A stretch of 64,000 nucleotides of DNA, from assembly GCF_009834535.1 (NCBI RefSeq), contig NC_045696.1:109990001-110054000 (forward strand), in the 5' to 3' direction. Origin of the DNA: Camelus ferus (lineage: Eukaryota). Both the position numbers and the translations under genes were made by a program. Positions within the stretch are counted from its first letter, which is position 1; every line of letters starts with the position of its first letter. Shown here piece by piece: positions 23,621 to 35,760 of this stretch. The notes beneath the pieces are model-generated. The model did not search any database, was not told the DNA's origin, and saw only the letters and a program-made list of their open reading frames with translations.

Positions 23621-24829
23621 AACCTCAGTGGGAACCCCAGGAATGGGAGGCCTGACTCCAGCTGCAGATTCAGTGTTGAAGAAAGCTGTGGGCCAGGTCC
23701 TCTGATGACTGGCAGACTGTCTAAATGTAAACGCCATCAGTGAGAGTTAACATTTCCTGAAAGGTGCCTACTGTTAAACTGATTCTTCTCTGTCTCAGAA
23801 AAAGCAGTCTGTCTTACAAGGCTGAAATGTGCGAGGTCCTGTTCCCTGCTATTCAGGACCACATTTGTAGCATGTATCCCTTTTCTCAAAACTCCATTCA
23901 CATGAGCTCTCCATTTTTTCTGGCTGCACAAAGTATGCAAAGCATGCTATTATACTAATTTTATAGCAAGGGGAACCCAAACAGGAGAGTGTTTTGTTCG
24001 GCCAGGTGATTTGGCTCAGGTTAGACAAGTAAATAGCATATGAAATTGAACAGGAAGCTCAGAGTCACCTCTCTCAAGCCCAGAGCTCTCCACACAGTTT
24101 TGTTTGATCAAATTGATAATAAATTCAAAGTTCTACAATGGGGGAACTGTGGCTAGGGCATTTGTCCGTCTTTCAGAACAAAAGAGAAGAGGACCTTGGC
24201 GCTTGAGGGAATGGGATAGATGCTTGGGAAAAAAATTGATGAAAATTGTCTCTGGGGTTCCCACAGTGGGCAGGTTACAAGCCACACAAACTCACTGCCA
24301 ACTGCAGAGAACTCTGTGGGGAGGGCTGCTGCTCTCGCCTGAGGCATTTTATAAGCAGCTGAGTTCCACGTTTCAGCCACGTTGTTTGGCTCCCTTATGA
24401 TGACAATCCGTGCCAAAGCAAAGGACAAGCAAGAGGTAGCCGTGGTGGGATCAAGGGAAAGCCTGAGAACAACCCAGACCCTGGACCGGGTCTACGAGGA
24501 CTGGGCAGGGAACCCACCACCAGTAAGGTGCAAACAGAAGAACTGGAGAGGAGCTTGGCGGTGAGACCCTTCTTAAAAGAAATCTTATTAAGAACCCTGA
24601 TGTTTATAAAATTGCTTGTCACCCGAACACTTCTTTGGAGTTTGAACTTCCAAAAAAAAAGAAAAAAACTTCCTTGAACTTGCCACACACACGCCTTTGC
24701 CCACCCTTGTATACAGGGCGCTTTATATCCACAGTGAAAAGAGTCCTTCCCTTTGCCAGTCTGGGAAACTTCTACTCACCCTTCAAGATTCCTATGATGT
24801 GTTTTCTGACAGAATCATCTGAGGCACTT

Positions 24830-24942
24830 GTTTCAACATTCAGATTCACCGGGCACATCGCATGTGCACTAAACACAGATTTCTGCGCTTCCTAAGCTCC
24901 TGGGGGAACTCAGATGTGCAGTCAGGATTGGAAGCCACTGCT
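24830..24942. mobile_element. MER5-type MITE fragment
   Basis: Ends GATGTGCAGTCAGGATTGGAAGCCACTG. Confidence 0.55.
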
Positions 24943-25979
24943 GATCCTGCTCTGCAAATTGGTTTGAACAAGATGATTTACAGAGGGATTAACTCCAAGG
25001 TTTCTGGGAAGGGGAGGAGGCAGCGGCAGAAATAATCTGGGCCTATACCTTGCCAAGAGTCCGCTGCTGAGGAAGGCCAAAGAGGAAAGCCAGGGGCTGA
25101 AAATGGCTCAAGACCCTCCAGGAACCCTGCCCTCTGAGTTTGATGCCTTCAATCAGGACCCAGAAGGGAGACAAAAAGCAAGTTGAGGAACACAGGACAG
25201 CCAGGGGCTTGTAATCAGTGAATCTGCAATTTTCTCCTGGGCGAGGCTCGGGGAAATCCCACAGCTCCATGAAAGTTGCACGTGTCCCATAAAAAATATT
25301 CAGTGGTGATCATTTAAGCTTTTTTTGCTCCTAATATTTCCATTTACAAGGTTTTTTAAAGGGTTCCAGAAGGAAAAAACCTACTGCTTGGATGACTGAT
25401 GGTTCTAACTGCTGTAAACATTTTTGATACTGACTTCTATAAGTTACTCGTAGTTCAATTAAAAAAAAAATCCCCTCCTGGCCCTCCACTCCCATCTTCA
25501 TAAAACATCTATGTACGAAAGCAAAAATATTATTTAGTTGTTATTATGTGAACAGGTGGTGTTAGTGTAGTGTAGATCCCACTTAAAACAGCTAAGCATT
25601 TTCGCTGGTTGTCATTTAGCATCTCGAATCACGAGAACATGATTTCTTATTTGCATAAAATCTCCGGGCCCTCCTTCCTTTCTCACTGTGATTGAGGTAC
25701 AGTACTGAGCTGGTGGGATTATTTATTACCTGTGTTCCCTCATCCTCCAAGTTCAGGTTCCACTGAAAACAGTGATGTGAGGTAGTCCACAGAGAAGAAA
25801 GGTTATATACCATTTTTCCTTTGCTTTTTTATGAATTAGTCTACCTGATGCATGCCAGTTCTCATTTGTTTCCTGTTTGTTGTACAACTTAACTTCAGGG
25901 CTCTGTTTATGACTTAGTTTTTTTATTTATTTGTGTTAAGAGATAACTAAGTGGCTGATAGTTCTCTTACCTCTTCTAG

Positions 25980-26255
25980 GTCTTTACTAAACTGGCCACC
26001 TGTCTAAATGTCACCTCCTCCTGCCCTACCGCATTTCCTGTGCTCCTGGGCTCCTTCTGCGCCCTTCCTAGCACGTATCAAATCTAACATAATGCATGCC
26101 TGGTTCTGACTACTGTCCATTTTCTCATTAGCATATAAGCCCCAACAGGGAGGCATTTTTGTCTGTCTTGTTCACTGCCGTATCCCCTGTGCCTAGCACT
26201 GCACTTGGCAAGTAGTAGGTGTTTAATAAGTGCGGGTGAATGAATAAGTCAATGA
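25980..26255 (+). mobile_element. L2a 3' end
   Basis: TTTTTGTCTGTCTTGTTCACTGCCGTATCCCCTGTGCCTAGCAC...GTAGGTGTTTAATAA...TGAATGAAT. Confidence 0.8.
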
Positions 26256-26351
26256 ACCTGTCTTTCTTTTAATAAGGCAGCTGAGCTAGCAGAGGGAACA
26301 TTCAGATGCTCCATGTTTTAGCTTCCACACCTGAGGCAGTCCAATATACTG

Positions 26352-26860
26352 CAGGGCTTCCCAAAATTTGGGTTCAGAGGGCACTTTGTTAGATCAAAAA
26401 ACTCAAGAAGCATTTATGTCCTAGCAACTTAACAGCCATTTGAAAAGAATTGAAAACATACACTGAAAAGAAAACATACACTGAAAGAAAAATATTTTCA
26501 TTTTATTCTTTAATACCGCCAGTACGTGCTAATGGGATGTGTGCACCTGTTAGGGACGGCACGACTTCTCAAGCCTCAGAATCAGACTGGACACCAGTAC
26601 CCCCCATTCTTGTTCCACATTGATTTTTCATACGGTCCTTGCGTTTTATCACAGTAAGTGCTGAAAAGCCAGCTTCACCAGGATATGCATCCTCACAGGG
26701 ATGCAGTGGGATCTGATTCACGCTGTGAATCTGGGCTTGTAGTTCAGCTGCTCTCTGACAGGTGCCGGGTGCTGCTTTCACCCGCAACTTAAGTATCCTA
26801 CAGCCCCCAGGCGTCCTCTGCTGTGCCCTGGGGAGCCGGGGTGCAGATTCAGAACCACAG
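26352..26860 (-). mobile_element. Charlie4a-like hAT DNA transposon with transposase C-terminal remnant
   Basis: TIR-like ends CAGGGCTTCCCAAA / TTCAGAACCACAG; minus-strand peptide AYPGEAGFSALTVIK resembles the hAT dimerisation motif YLCEAGFS; ~510 bp. Confidence 0.8.
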
Positions 26861-26939
26861 GGAAAGTGGCTGAATGCAAACCCTTGCTCCAGATTTCCCA
26901 GCTATTAAAAAGAAAAAATAACAGTATCTACTCCATAGT

Positions 26940-27130
26940 TTTTTGTTTTGCTTTTTATTACGAAGAAATTTCAAACCTTCATAAAAGCCTACAGAATTAA
27001 ACCTATCCCATCACGAAGACCCAAGAACCACTCACTCAAGGCCAACCCTGCTCCAGCCACACCCGGTATACTCTGTTCCCCAAAACTGAGACAGAAATCC
27101 CCAGTTTCATCTGTAAATATTTCAACACCT
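26940..27130 (-). mobile_element. Old L1M 3' tip inserted in a MIR
   Basis: TTTTTATTACGAAGAAATTTCAAAC...TTTCATCTGTAAATATTTCA; MIR halves on both sides. Confidence 0.6.
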
Positions 27131-29224
27131 GTTAGGTTTCTCGTGAGAACTGAATGAATTAAATAAGTGAATCCAGCGGGCTGAGCCTCCCGAAGGGTCG
27201 GGTACTGTCAGCACTGCCATCTCGGCACCCACAGCTTTACCACACGGAAGCACTCCGCTCCCCTCCGGGATGCCCCACAGAGGTACAGAGTGCTGTGTTC
27301 CATGTCACTCTCCCCAGTACAGAGGGGTACCCACCATCACAGGGAACAGGGCGGCTGCCAGTGCACCCCCCACCCCCCTCGCAGGTTTCAGCAAACATTC
27401 TCTTCACAAGGAAACTGAGTGTCCACCTTAGGGAATTCACTGACATGCAAATGGCATCAGATGCTTTTCATAAAGAAACAAACCACCTCAAGTTTACTCT
27501 GATTTGCTGGTTCTGAGTAGAAATGTCCCCTGAATAAGGGAGAAGATTAAGCTCTTTCTTACCGCCTGGTGTTTGGGATGCAGTGGGGTTTTGCCACGTT
27601 AATTCTGTCAGAATGCTGCTAATCTAGGATAGCACCATTTTGAAAGAGCTAAGGAAAGAAATCAGTTTGGGGTGAGAGGTTCACCCTTCACATAACTGCC
27701 CACATACACAGCTGACTGTGAGGGGCACATCTGCCAATCTATCCAGCTGTTCAGACACGAGGTATACACGTGACTAGGAGGGTGAGAAACAATGGCTATC
27801 TTCTGTTAACGATTACACATAATTCTCTCTTCCCTCCTGGGGCTTGATTAAAATGTAACTTAAATGGTTCCCATCTTGGGGTCTCTGGGTCCGCCATCCC
27901 CAACCCAGCCTGAGGCGCCTGAGTGAGCGTGGGAGGATGCTGGGAACATTAAGCACTCCTGTGACTTTTAGCCATAGTGGCGAAATTCTCCATTCAGCTC
28001 TCCTGAATTTGTCTGCTGTGGAACGTAAGTGATTATCTGTGTTCAACAAAGTTGAACAAATTATTGATCTGTACTTTCTGATTCACAGTCTGTTTGGCTT
28101 CCTGAGCCGAGAGAGGCTCTAACTAAAATTCTTTGGGTTTTATTTAGCCCAAGGGCAAAATTTACAACTAAACCATCTATAACCAGCATCTATTTCTTTT
28201 GGGCACTGAGCTCATACCTTAGACTGGGAAGTTGCTTTGGAATCTCATCCGCACACTCTCTCTCACAGCATTCATTTTATTATAATCTATCAACATTACA
28301 TCGTATTTTCAATCTGGCTCCTCCCAAAGACAACCAGGAATCTTATGCAAAGGAGAAAATAAAAACATTCTGAAAAACAGAGTGAACTGGCTGGCTTGCA
28401 GTAATTCTACTAACCTCCGTACAACTTAGGAGGGTAGGAATTCAATAAAATCATATTTGTCAGCTTGTTCAGGTAAGTACACATGCGTTATTGTATCATA
28501 TACTTGAATAATGCATGGTGCTTTGTTTAAACAGTTTTTCCTGGGTTAATGGAATCACTCATTGAGGTCACGCATACCCAGAAATGTACTCAGCCTTGAT
28601 ATATTTCTAAAAAGGCTTTCTAAATAAGGTTTTAGGAGAATTTTAATGCATATTCTTCATCAGTGATCCACTCATTATCTCTTGAACCTCACTCTACAAG
28701 ACTATCTGGAGCAGGTGAATTATTAAAATTACCAAGAGCCTTTTCCCCAGCTACACCCTCAATTCCAGCGACAGGGAGGCAGGACTTTGAGGGACCTGAG
28801 CCTCTTACTTGCCCAGCCTACCAGCCTGCTCATAGAGCAAAAAGAGCACGGGGTTCAATACTGGAACCGGAAAAATAGAGAATACTCAAATGTGAGTATT
28901 AATTAGATAAAAATCTAAGACAACCACAGGGTCAGAGAAGCAGATAACAGTCAACTTGAAGAAAAATCCAATCCCTATCATATTTGGTCTGCCCCCTGCT
29001 TTTCTGATAAGAGAAGCTTTCTCGGAGACCAAGGCAGAGGGTATAGAGCTACAAAATCGACCTGTGTGCTCACTGGCTAGCCAAGCGTGCTCAGGACGAT
29101 TCAGCGGCCAAGGGCCAGAGGTTTCACTACTGCTCTGTTCCTCTTGCTGCCCTCCTATTATAGCCCCAGACTGATACACGGAGAATGTGTGCGGTGCATT
29201 TCAGAGTCCCTTTCAGGATCATTG

Positions 29225-29675
29225 AACAGTCAGGTGTGTCCATTGACAGATGACTGGATAAAGTAGTTGTGGTATATTTATACAATGGAAAACTACTAAG
29301 TCAAAAAATAAAATAATGCCATTTTCAGCAACATGGATAGACCTGGAGATCGTCATTCTAAGTGAAGAAAACCAGACAGAGAAAGAAAAATACCATATGA
29401 TATCACTAATATGTGGAATCTGAAAAAAAAAAAAAGAGGATACTAATGAACTCATCTACAAAACAGAAACAGCCTCTCAGACACAGTAAACAATTTTATG
29501 GTTACCAAGGGAAAGGGGGTGGGAAGGGATAAGTCTGGGAGTTTGAGATTTGAAAATGTTAACCACTATATAGAAAAATAGATAAAAAATAAATTTCTTC
29601 TGTATAATACAGGAAAGTATATTCACTATCTTATAACAACCTTTAATGAAAAAGAATATGAAAATGAATATATGT
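29225..29675 (+). mobile_element. L1 3' region lacking its final ~80 bp and tail
   Basis: TGTCCATTGACAGATGACTGGATAAAG...GCAACATGGATAGACCTGGAG...TGTGGAATCTGAAAAA...; stops at GAATATATGT. Confidence 0.92.
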
Positions 29676-30101
29676 GATTTGCTTTAACTTGCATAAAATG
29701 CAATTTGAGTGACTCCTGGGACCTCCAGGGCTAGGTCATAAGAAGCTTTGCAGCTTCTGCCTGGCTGTCCTGAGATAGTCTCTCTGGTTGCCCAGAGCTG
29801 CCACGTAAGAAAGCCAGCTGCCCAGAGACTGGCTCTGCAGGCGTGGTCAGATGCAGGCGCTCCAGCTGACAGTCAGTGCCAGTGCAGGAGGCTGAGCTCA
29901 GCTTTCCAGAGGTCCCTGCTAATATATGTGAGCAGGTCATCAGACATCACCAAGCATTCTTGGTTAATGCCGTGTGGAGCAGGAGAATCACCCAGCTGAA
30001 CCCTGCCCTCCACTTGCTGACCTATTAAACCATGAAGTGCAATAAAATGGTGGTTGTTTGAAGCTGCAGAGTTTTAGGGTGGTTTGTTACACAGCAGTAG
30101 T
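29674..30101 (+). mobile_element. MaLR LTR (MLT1G/H-like), 5' part missing
   Basis: GGCTAGGTCATAAGAAG...AATAAAATGGTGGTTGTTTGAAGC...GTTTTAGGGTGGTTTGTTACACAGCAGTAG. Confidence 0.85.
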
Positions 30102-30609
30102 ATGGCCTTGCAGCATAACCGCCACTCCTAGAATTAGAGCCAGCTGGCCTTGGGGGAGAATGGCTGGCATGCTGTTGAATGACCAGTGAACTGGGTCAGC
30201 CAACGGCTCTCAGGGTCATGGCTGGTCTGGAGGAGACGGCTTTGATGGCTTTGTTGAAAGAAAACCAAGACCCATGAGGGTTGTGAAGGAGTATTCAAGA
30301 GGAATCTGAATGTGGGGGTTTTGTTTGAGGGCTGTACAAAATAGATTACTTTAGTGATTTAGAGGAGGTACCGGGAGAGAAAGATCCAGAAAAATAATCT
30401 GAATTCCCTATTTTGGACACTGAATTTTTTAAAATGTTGACTGTCTTTTTGGAGAAGAAGGGAAGGATGGGGGCCTTAGAAAAGAGGGTATAAAATCACT
30501 GCTATGGCTCCTCACCTGGAATATCAACAGAAAAGTGGGCCAGAAGATGACACCTGGCTTCATGTGGGAGTCCCGTCAAACTAAACACTCCCGAGTTGGT
30601 CACAGGATA

Positions 30610-30745
30610 AGGTGACCCTTCACTCTGACTTGCTTGAGAAAGTCCCAATTTAAGCCTGTTTTTCTTGGGTGATTATTAAGATCGTTCTCTTTCACTCTCA
30701 AAAGTGTCTGGTTTTGCACAATAAATTAATTATGTGCCTCCCCTG
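30610..30745 (-). mobile_element. MER94-like hAT-Blackjack MITE
   Basis: AAGGTGACC...TTTCACTCTCAAAAGTGTCTGGTTTTGCACAATAAATTA. Confidence 0.7.
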
Positions 30746-31734
30746 TTTCTCAGGGCCAGTGTGGCTCAGTGGAAGACAGTTTTGAACATGCTTTGTATCA
30801 TCCCAGTGAGATAACACGGAAGGGCCTTATTGAAAGTTCATGTTGTTGGTTTCGCTCTGGAGATAATTGTCTTTAGATTTGATATTTCATATCATCACTC
30901 AGCAAGTATTCAGTGAGAGCCCACTATACTGTGTTCTTTCTGACTTGTGACCCAATGTGTGAGGAATAATGAAGGTAGGAGTGAAAAAGTCTTTCCTTCT
31001 GTGGTATGATGAGAAATGTTATTGGAGGGGACACACTGGTCAAGGTGGCCTTGCAAGTTCATGTTCTGATATATCCCCCTCTTTGCCCCCGCCTCAGGCA
31101 CAGAGCAATGCCAGCTGTAACATAAAAATAGAAAACTGAAAAGACAGAGCTGAACTTAAAAAACAAGATAAACATATCCACCAGCCAGAAAAGGAAGAAA
31201 AAGGTAAAGCGGAGAAGAGAGCTGAAGCCGCAGGCCAGCAGGGCGTCCACGTGGAGGCAGGCAGGCAGGCAGGGGCAACAGTCCAGTTCTGGTAAGAAAG
31301 AGGGATTAATGGTGCTCACAGGGCCGAGGGGGTGGGTGCCTAGGGCAGGGGCTGAAGTGGGGTTCTCCTACTGGTGAGAGTAGAGTAATAAATGTATCAT
31401 TTCAGGCTACTAGCTGGGGCTGCAGCTTTTAGTAGGTGGAAAGTCCAGGGAGGAGGAAGACCGAAGTTATGGTCTGATTAGGGCCAAACCACACCACCCT
31501 CAGGTCTCCCCACATTCACGATCTATCTTCGGAGCAGGAGCTTCAGCACACATTTTAAGACCTAGTTCTATGTGTCTCTGTGTTCAGAGATGACTGAAAA
31601 CACTAAAGAGGGAAGGAGGAGCACACGCACAAAGAGAACAAATAAGCTCTCTCTCACTTAAAATGAACCTTCAAATCAAAAATTCCAAAACACAAGAGGA
31701 AACCTAACACAAAACCCTAATCAGCAATTAGGGT

Positions 31735-31879
31735 TTTTCTGGGGGGTGGGGTGGGGTAATTAGGTTTCTTTATGTATTTTTAAATTAATTTTTAATTTTA
31801 TTTGTTTATTTTTTAGTGGACGTCCTAGGGACTGAACCCAGGACTTTGTGTACACTACCACTGAGCTAAACCCTCCCCC
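31735..31879 (-). mobile_element. tRNA-derived SINE (vic-1-like) with small head deletion
   Basis: TSD AGCAATTAGG at ~31723 and 31881; head lacks part of CATGCTAAGCATGC. Confidence 0.9.
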
Positions 31880-31907
31880 TAGCAATTAGGTTTTAAATTT
31901 ATTCTGG

Positions 31908-32287
31908 AGCTGTGTTACCCATTATGGTAGCTACTAGCCACACGGAATATTTAAATTGAAATAAAAGTTAGCTGAAGAGTGGGGAGGTAGTATATAGCTC
32001 AGGGGAAGAGTACATGCTTAGCATGCACGAGGTCCTGGGTTCAATCCCCTGTACTTCAATTAAACAAACAAACAAACAAACAAAAAACTCAACATAATAA
32101 ATCAGCTATACTTCAGTTTAAAAAAGCAGAATAAAAGTGTCTGGTTTAAAAAAATAGTTTAAAAAAGTTAGACAAAATCAAAGAAAATTCCAATTCTCAA
32201 TCGCCACATGTGTTTAGTGGCTATCATATTGGACAGTGCAGACATAAATCATTCCTTCACTACAGAAAGTTCTATTGGACAGTGCTA
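31908..32287 (-). mobile_element. MER3 hAT MITE, interrupted by a SINE
   Basis: ATGGTAGCTACTAGCCAC...AGTGGCTATCATATTGGACAGTGCAG...AGAAAGTTCTATTGGACAGTGCT. Confidence 0.8.
31981..32162 (+). mobile_element. tRNA-derived SINE with atypical tail (L1 3' tip plus extra sequence)
   Basis: Head GGGGAGG...TATAGCTCAG...GGTCCTGGGTTCAATCCCC; (AAAC)n; TSD AAAAGTTAG at 31963 and 32163. Confidence 0.88.
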
Positions 32288-32454
32288 CTCCAGATGAACT
32301 ATATTTTATGAGTCAGTCTAACAAAGATTTTAAAATATATATGTTTATGATGCTCAAAAGATAATGAAGTAGTACCTTCCACGTGAAAAACAGAGAATGC
32401 AAAAATAAGAATAAGAAAATTTACTCATTAAAATGTTGGTAATTGAATATATAC

Positions 32455-32722
32455 TCATAACATAGAAAACAAACTTGTGGTTGCCAGTGGGGGAAGGGAT
32501 AAATTGGGAGCTCGAGATTGGCAGATACTAACTACTGTATATAAAATAGACGAACAACAAGGTCTTACTGTATAGCACAGGGAACTACATTCAACATCTT
32601 GTAATAACCTATAATGAAAACGAATATGAGAATATATGTATGTGTATGTATGACTGAAACTTTATGCTGTACACCAGAAATTGACACAACATTGTAAACT
32701 GACTATACTTCAATAAAAAAGG
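32455..32722 (+). mobile_element. L1 3' end
   Basis: ACATAGAAAACAAACTTGTGGTTGCC...ACAACATTGTAAACTGACTATACTTCAATAAAAAA. Confidence 0.92.
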
Positions 32723-34014
32723 AGGAAATTTTAAAAATGTATATGCTTATCAAATTAAAAAAAATGATGCATAGAATAAACTCTAGACAGTGATACGGTG
32801 ATTTAGCAATTAGTGAATCAGAAAACAAAACTGAAGAATGAAGCCAGGTGGAGCACAAAAGACAGAGCAAAATGTTCTTACAAAAACCAGTAGAAAAGGA
32901 GGGTTTTAGATCATTCTTGACTTGAATAAATCAGGGTTTTGGCATTGATCTGGGATGGCCTGAACAGCAAAGGCAGCAGTTCAGAAAACCAACATGGGAG
33001 AGGAGACAGAAGCCATTTTTTGAAAGAGGGGGACTTAAAACACTGGCCAGTCACTAGGCAGTCAGCTGGTGGCCTCAGCAGCCACGGGATCTGAAGGCGG
33101 CAGCACCTGCCTCATAACAAGAGAGTCCAGGAGGGCTATCACCTAGTGCAGGCAGCCCTTTGAGGGGGACTGAAGGAACAGGGAGAATCTGTTGCCAGCG
33201 TTTAGAAATAGCTCATCTGAGAGAAGTGGGTCAACGACATGGAGGCAGGAGCCCTGAACCACATCAGCCCCTTGAACAAAGGATGTATTCTGTGCGGACA
33301 CTGATGGGACTTCTGCGAAGTGGTGGGAGCCAGGGGAGCCACGGCAGGTGGGAGGGTGGAGGAAAGGGTTGACCCCATGGGGGTCCAAAGTTCCATTAGG
33401 GTCTTGCAGTAAGTATCTCACTGCCACTGTTAGCGACATCAGTTACCTGCATGTGGCACTATAATTGCTGAAGGCGTGAGAAATTAAGCGTCATCTGGAC
33501 TGACCGCATGACAGAACCTGAAAGGTGTTTTTGGAAGAGTTCCCCAATTTAAGGCTCTTATTTGTCTCACTTTCAAAAAGCAGAGTAGAAAGAAAAGCTG
33601 CTGATGATGTGAGCTTTCCGGTTGCCCAGATTCTGAAGAAATGGTACTCTCCTGTAATTAAACTGTAAGGAGTTAATTGTAATTAAATTGCATACTATTT
33701 GAGAAGAGCTGTCACTTCTCGGAATTAGCTCTGAGAACAAAACTGAAATGATAGAGTAATTAAAATCTGAAATGCAAGACATCTTCAGATAATTCTTGTC
33801 TGGGTTGGAATACACAGGTTTTTATTTTATTTCCTGCAACGCTTGTTGTGTTATTTTCCCTCACACTGGTGGGTCAGAAAGCTTATGACATCTCCACGTA
33901 TAGGGTGCTGGGTTATTAATCTGAGAAAGAGCAAGCAATTTTTTCCTACCTTTTATTTTCTTACATCCAGAGGTGAAAGTAAACCATCACCATCTAAGTC
34001 TTTACAAAAGTTCT

Positions 34015-34460
34015 GTTTAAAACTTTTTTTTAAATTTCACAAATACATATGATTATATGCTTAATGTTAAAAATCTAAGTAATGCAGATAAGCAAACATT
34101 CTCATTACTCTCCCTACTCCCATCTACTCTGCTGACCCAGGGAAACTGCTGTCACCTATTCACGTGTCCTTCCTGAGCAATGTCACCTGGTGTACACATG
34201 TCCACACCTACCCTGAAATACATCGTGTAAGTTAACCTTTCCATAAATAATACCATATGAGACACAATGTTCTGGTTTCCCCATTTCTCCATATCTTTTG
34301 GAAAATGTTTCATGTTAATACCAATAAACCTTGCTCCTTTTCACTGCTGCATTGCATTCCCTCAGACAGCTGTTTTATTAAACCATTCCTCTCTCTATGG
34401 GCATTTAGGTTTGTTGCACTTTTCACTATTGTAAATACTGCTGCAATGAACTTCACCCTT
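34015..34460 (-). mobile_element. Old L1ME-type remnant
   Basis: ATGGGCATTTAGGTTTGTTGCACTTTTCACTATTGTAAATACTGCTGCAATGAAC. Confidence 0.65.
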
Positions 34461-35760
34461 TATAAAACGGCTGAAAAAAGGCTGAATGGAGATGAGGACG
34501 GTAAACACAATCTTAACTTCACAACAGTAGAGAAAGAAATGAAATCACATGGGCAACTGGAAGTGTACAACAGCAGGACAAGGGTATATGGTCTAATCAG
34601 TGCCGGGCACAGAAGAGCCTTCTTTGCTACCATCTGAAGACTTGTGGGTGACCCGATTCATCAGCGAATTAAAATGCCAAGGCAAAGAAAGTTTTCTGAG
34701 CATGCCAGCTGTGAAGAGTTTATGCAATGATCTCAGCAACAAGATGACTGTGATAAGAAGTTGTGGACGTGCCGCGGGGGTGGGGGGCAACGTCAGTGGG
34801 ACCGTGGTCCTGCATCTCTGACTCCAGCAGGGAGCCCTGAGTAGCCTAAAATGCCACTGTGAAAACTAGGGGAAGAAAGGACCTTCTGAATTTCTGCAGC
34901 ATCCCTTCTGATTCTTGTTTGCGTAAGTACTCTCTTACCTCAAAGAGAAGAAGCTAATTGGGTTTGGCAGCAAGGCTCATGGCCAGGAAAACTCCGCTAG
35001 TGCCCAGGATTAAAGTGGTCTGTGAACACTCTTTTTCCCCCTGTATCGCTTTAGGGATAAGCCATTACGTGTTGGAGCAGTCAGCCCAAGAATCCTAATC
35101 CCACTCTTGGAAGGAACCACAGAGATAACAAAACCCATTCTAATATTTGGTAGAGAAGGTAACTGCAACCCAGAGAGGAGAGGTGACTTGGACAATGTCA
35201 CGGAGCTGGTCGGTGGCAGAGCCAGGACCAGGAGCAGAGTTACCCTGAACCAGCCCCCTGCTGCTCGCCACAGTATCCCCTCCATCACTGCCCCACGTGC
35301 CAACTGCTCTGGTGCTTCTGCCTGGAAGTGTCACCTCCGGGTGCCACTTTCTCAGCCACATGACATAACACTTTTAAATCTCTCTGTCCTTACAGAGCAC
35401 AGAGAAAGGTGCTTAGTCAGCCGTGGTTGTTCTCAGCTGTCCACAGTGTCTACTGCAAGGTTAATTTTTATCGGATGTTAAATTTTATCTTCTGCATACC
35501 TTTGAAGTACAGCTGTCTGGCAGAACCACACCCCCACTCACCTTTCCTAAAGGGGTCAGTCATTTCCCCATCAAAACCAATTCTGCAAACTCTAATGCAA
35601 TGACCACGCTCTGGCTCTCATTTCCTGACCTCCTTGGTCTGACTGCATTTAAATTTGTGACTCCTCTGACAACTGCCTCCCCCATCCTCCATCTTCTCTT
35701 CTTTTGCCTCAGCAGTTTAAACCTATTTACTGATTTCTTTCAGGGCTGTGTCTTTTTCAC

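Noticed and set aside
24397..24466. C/D box snoRNA-like ATGATGA...CTGA
   Set aside because: No terminal stem or guide; expected by chance in 64 kb.
26569..26787. Domesticated hAT transposase
   Set aside because: Only a short, frameshifted C-terminal remnant within a ~510-bp non-autonomous Charlie element.
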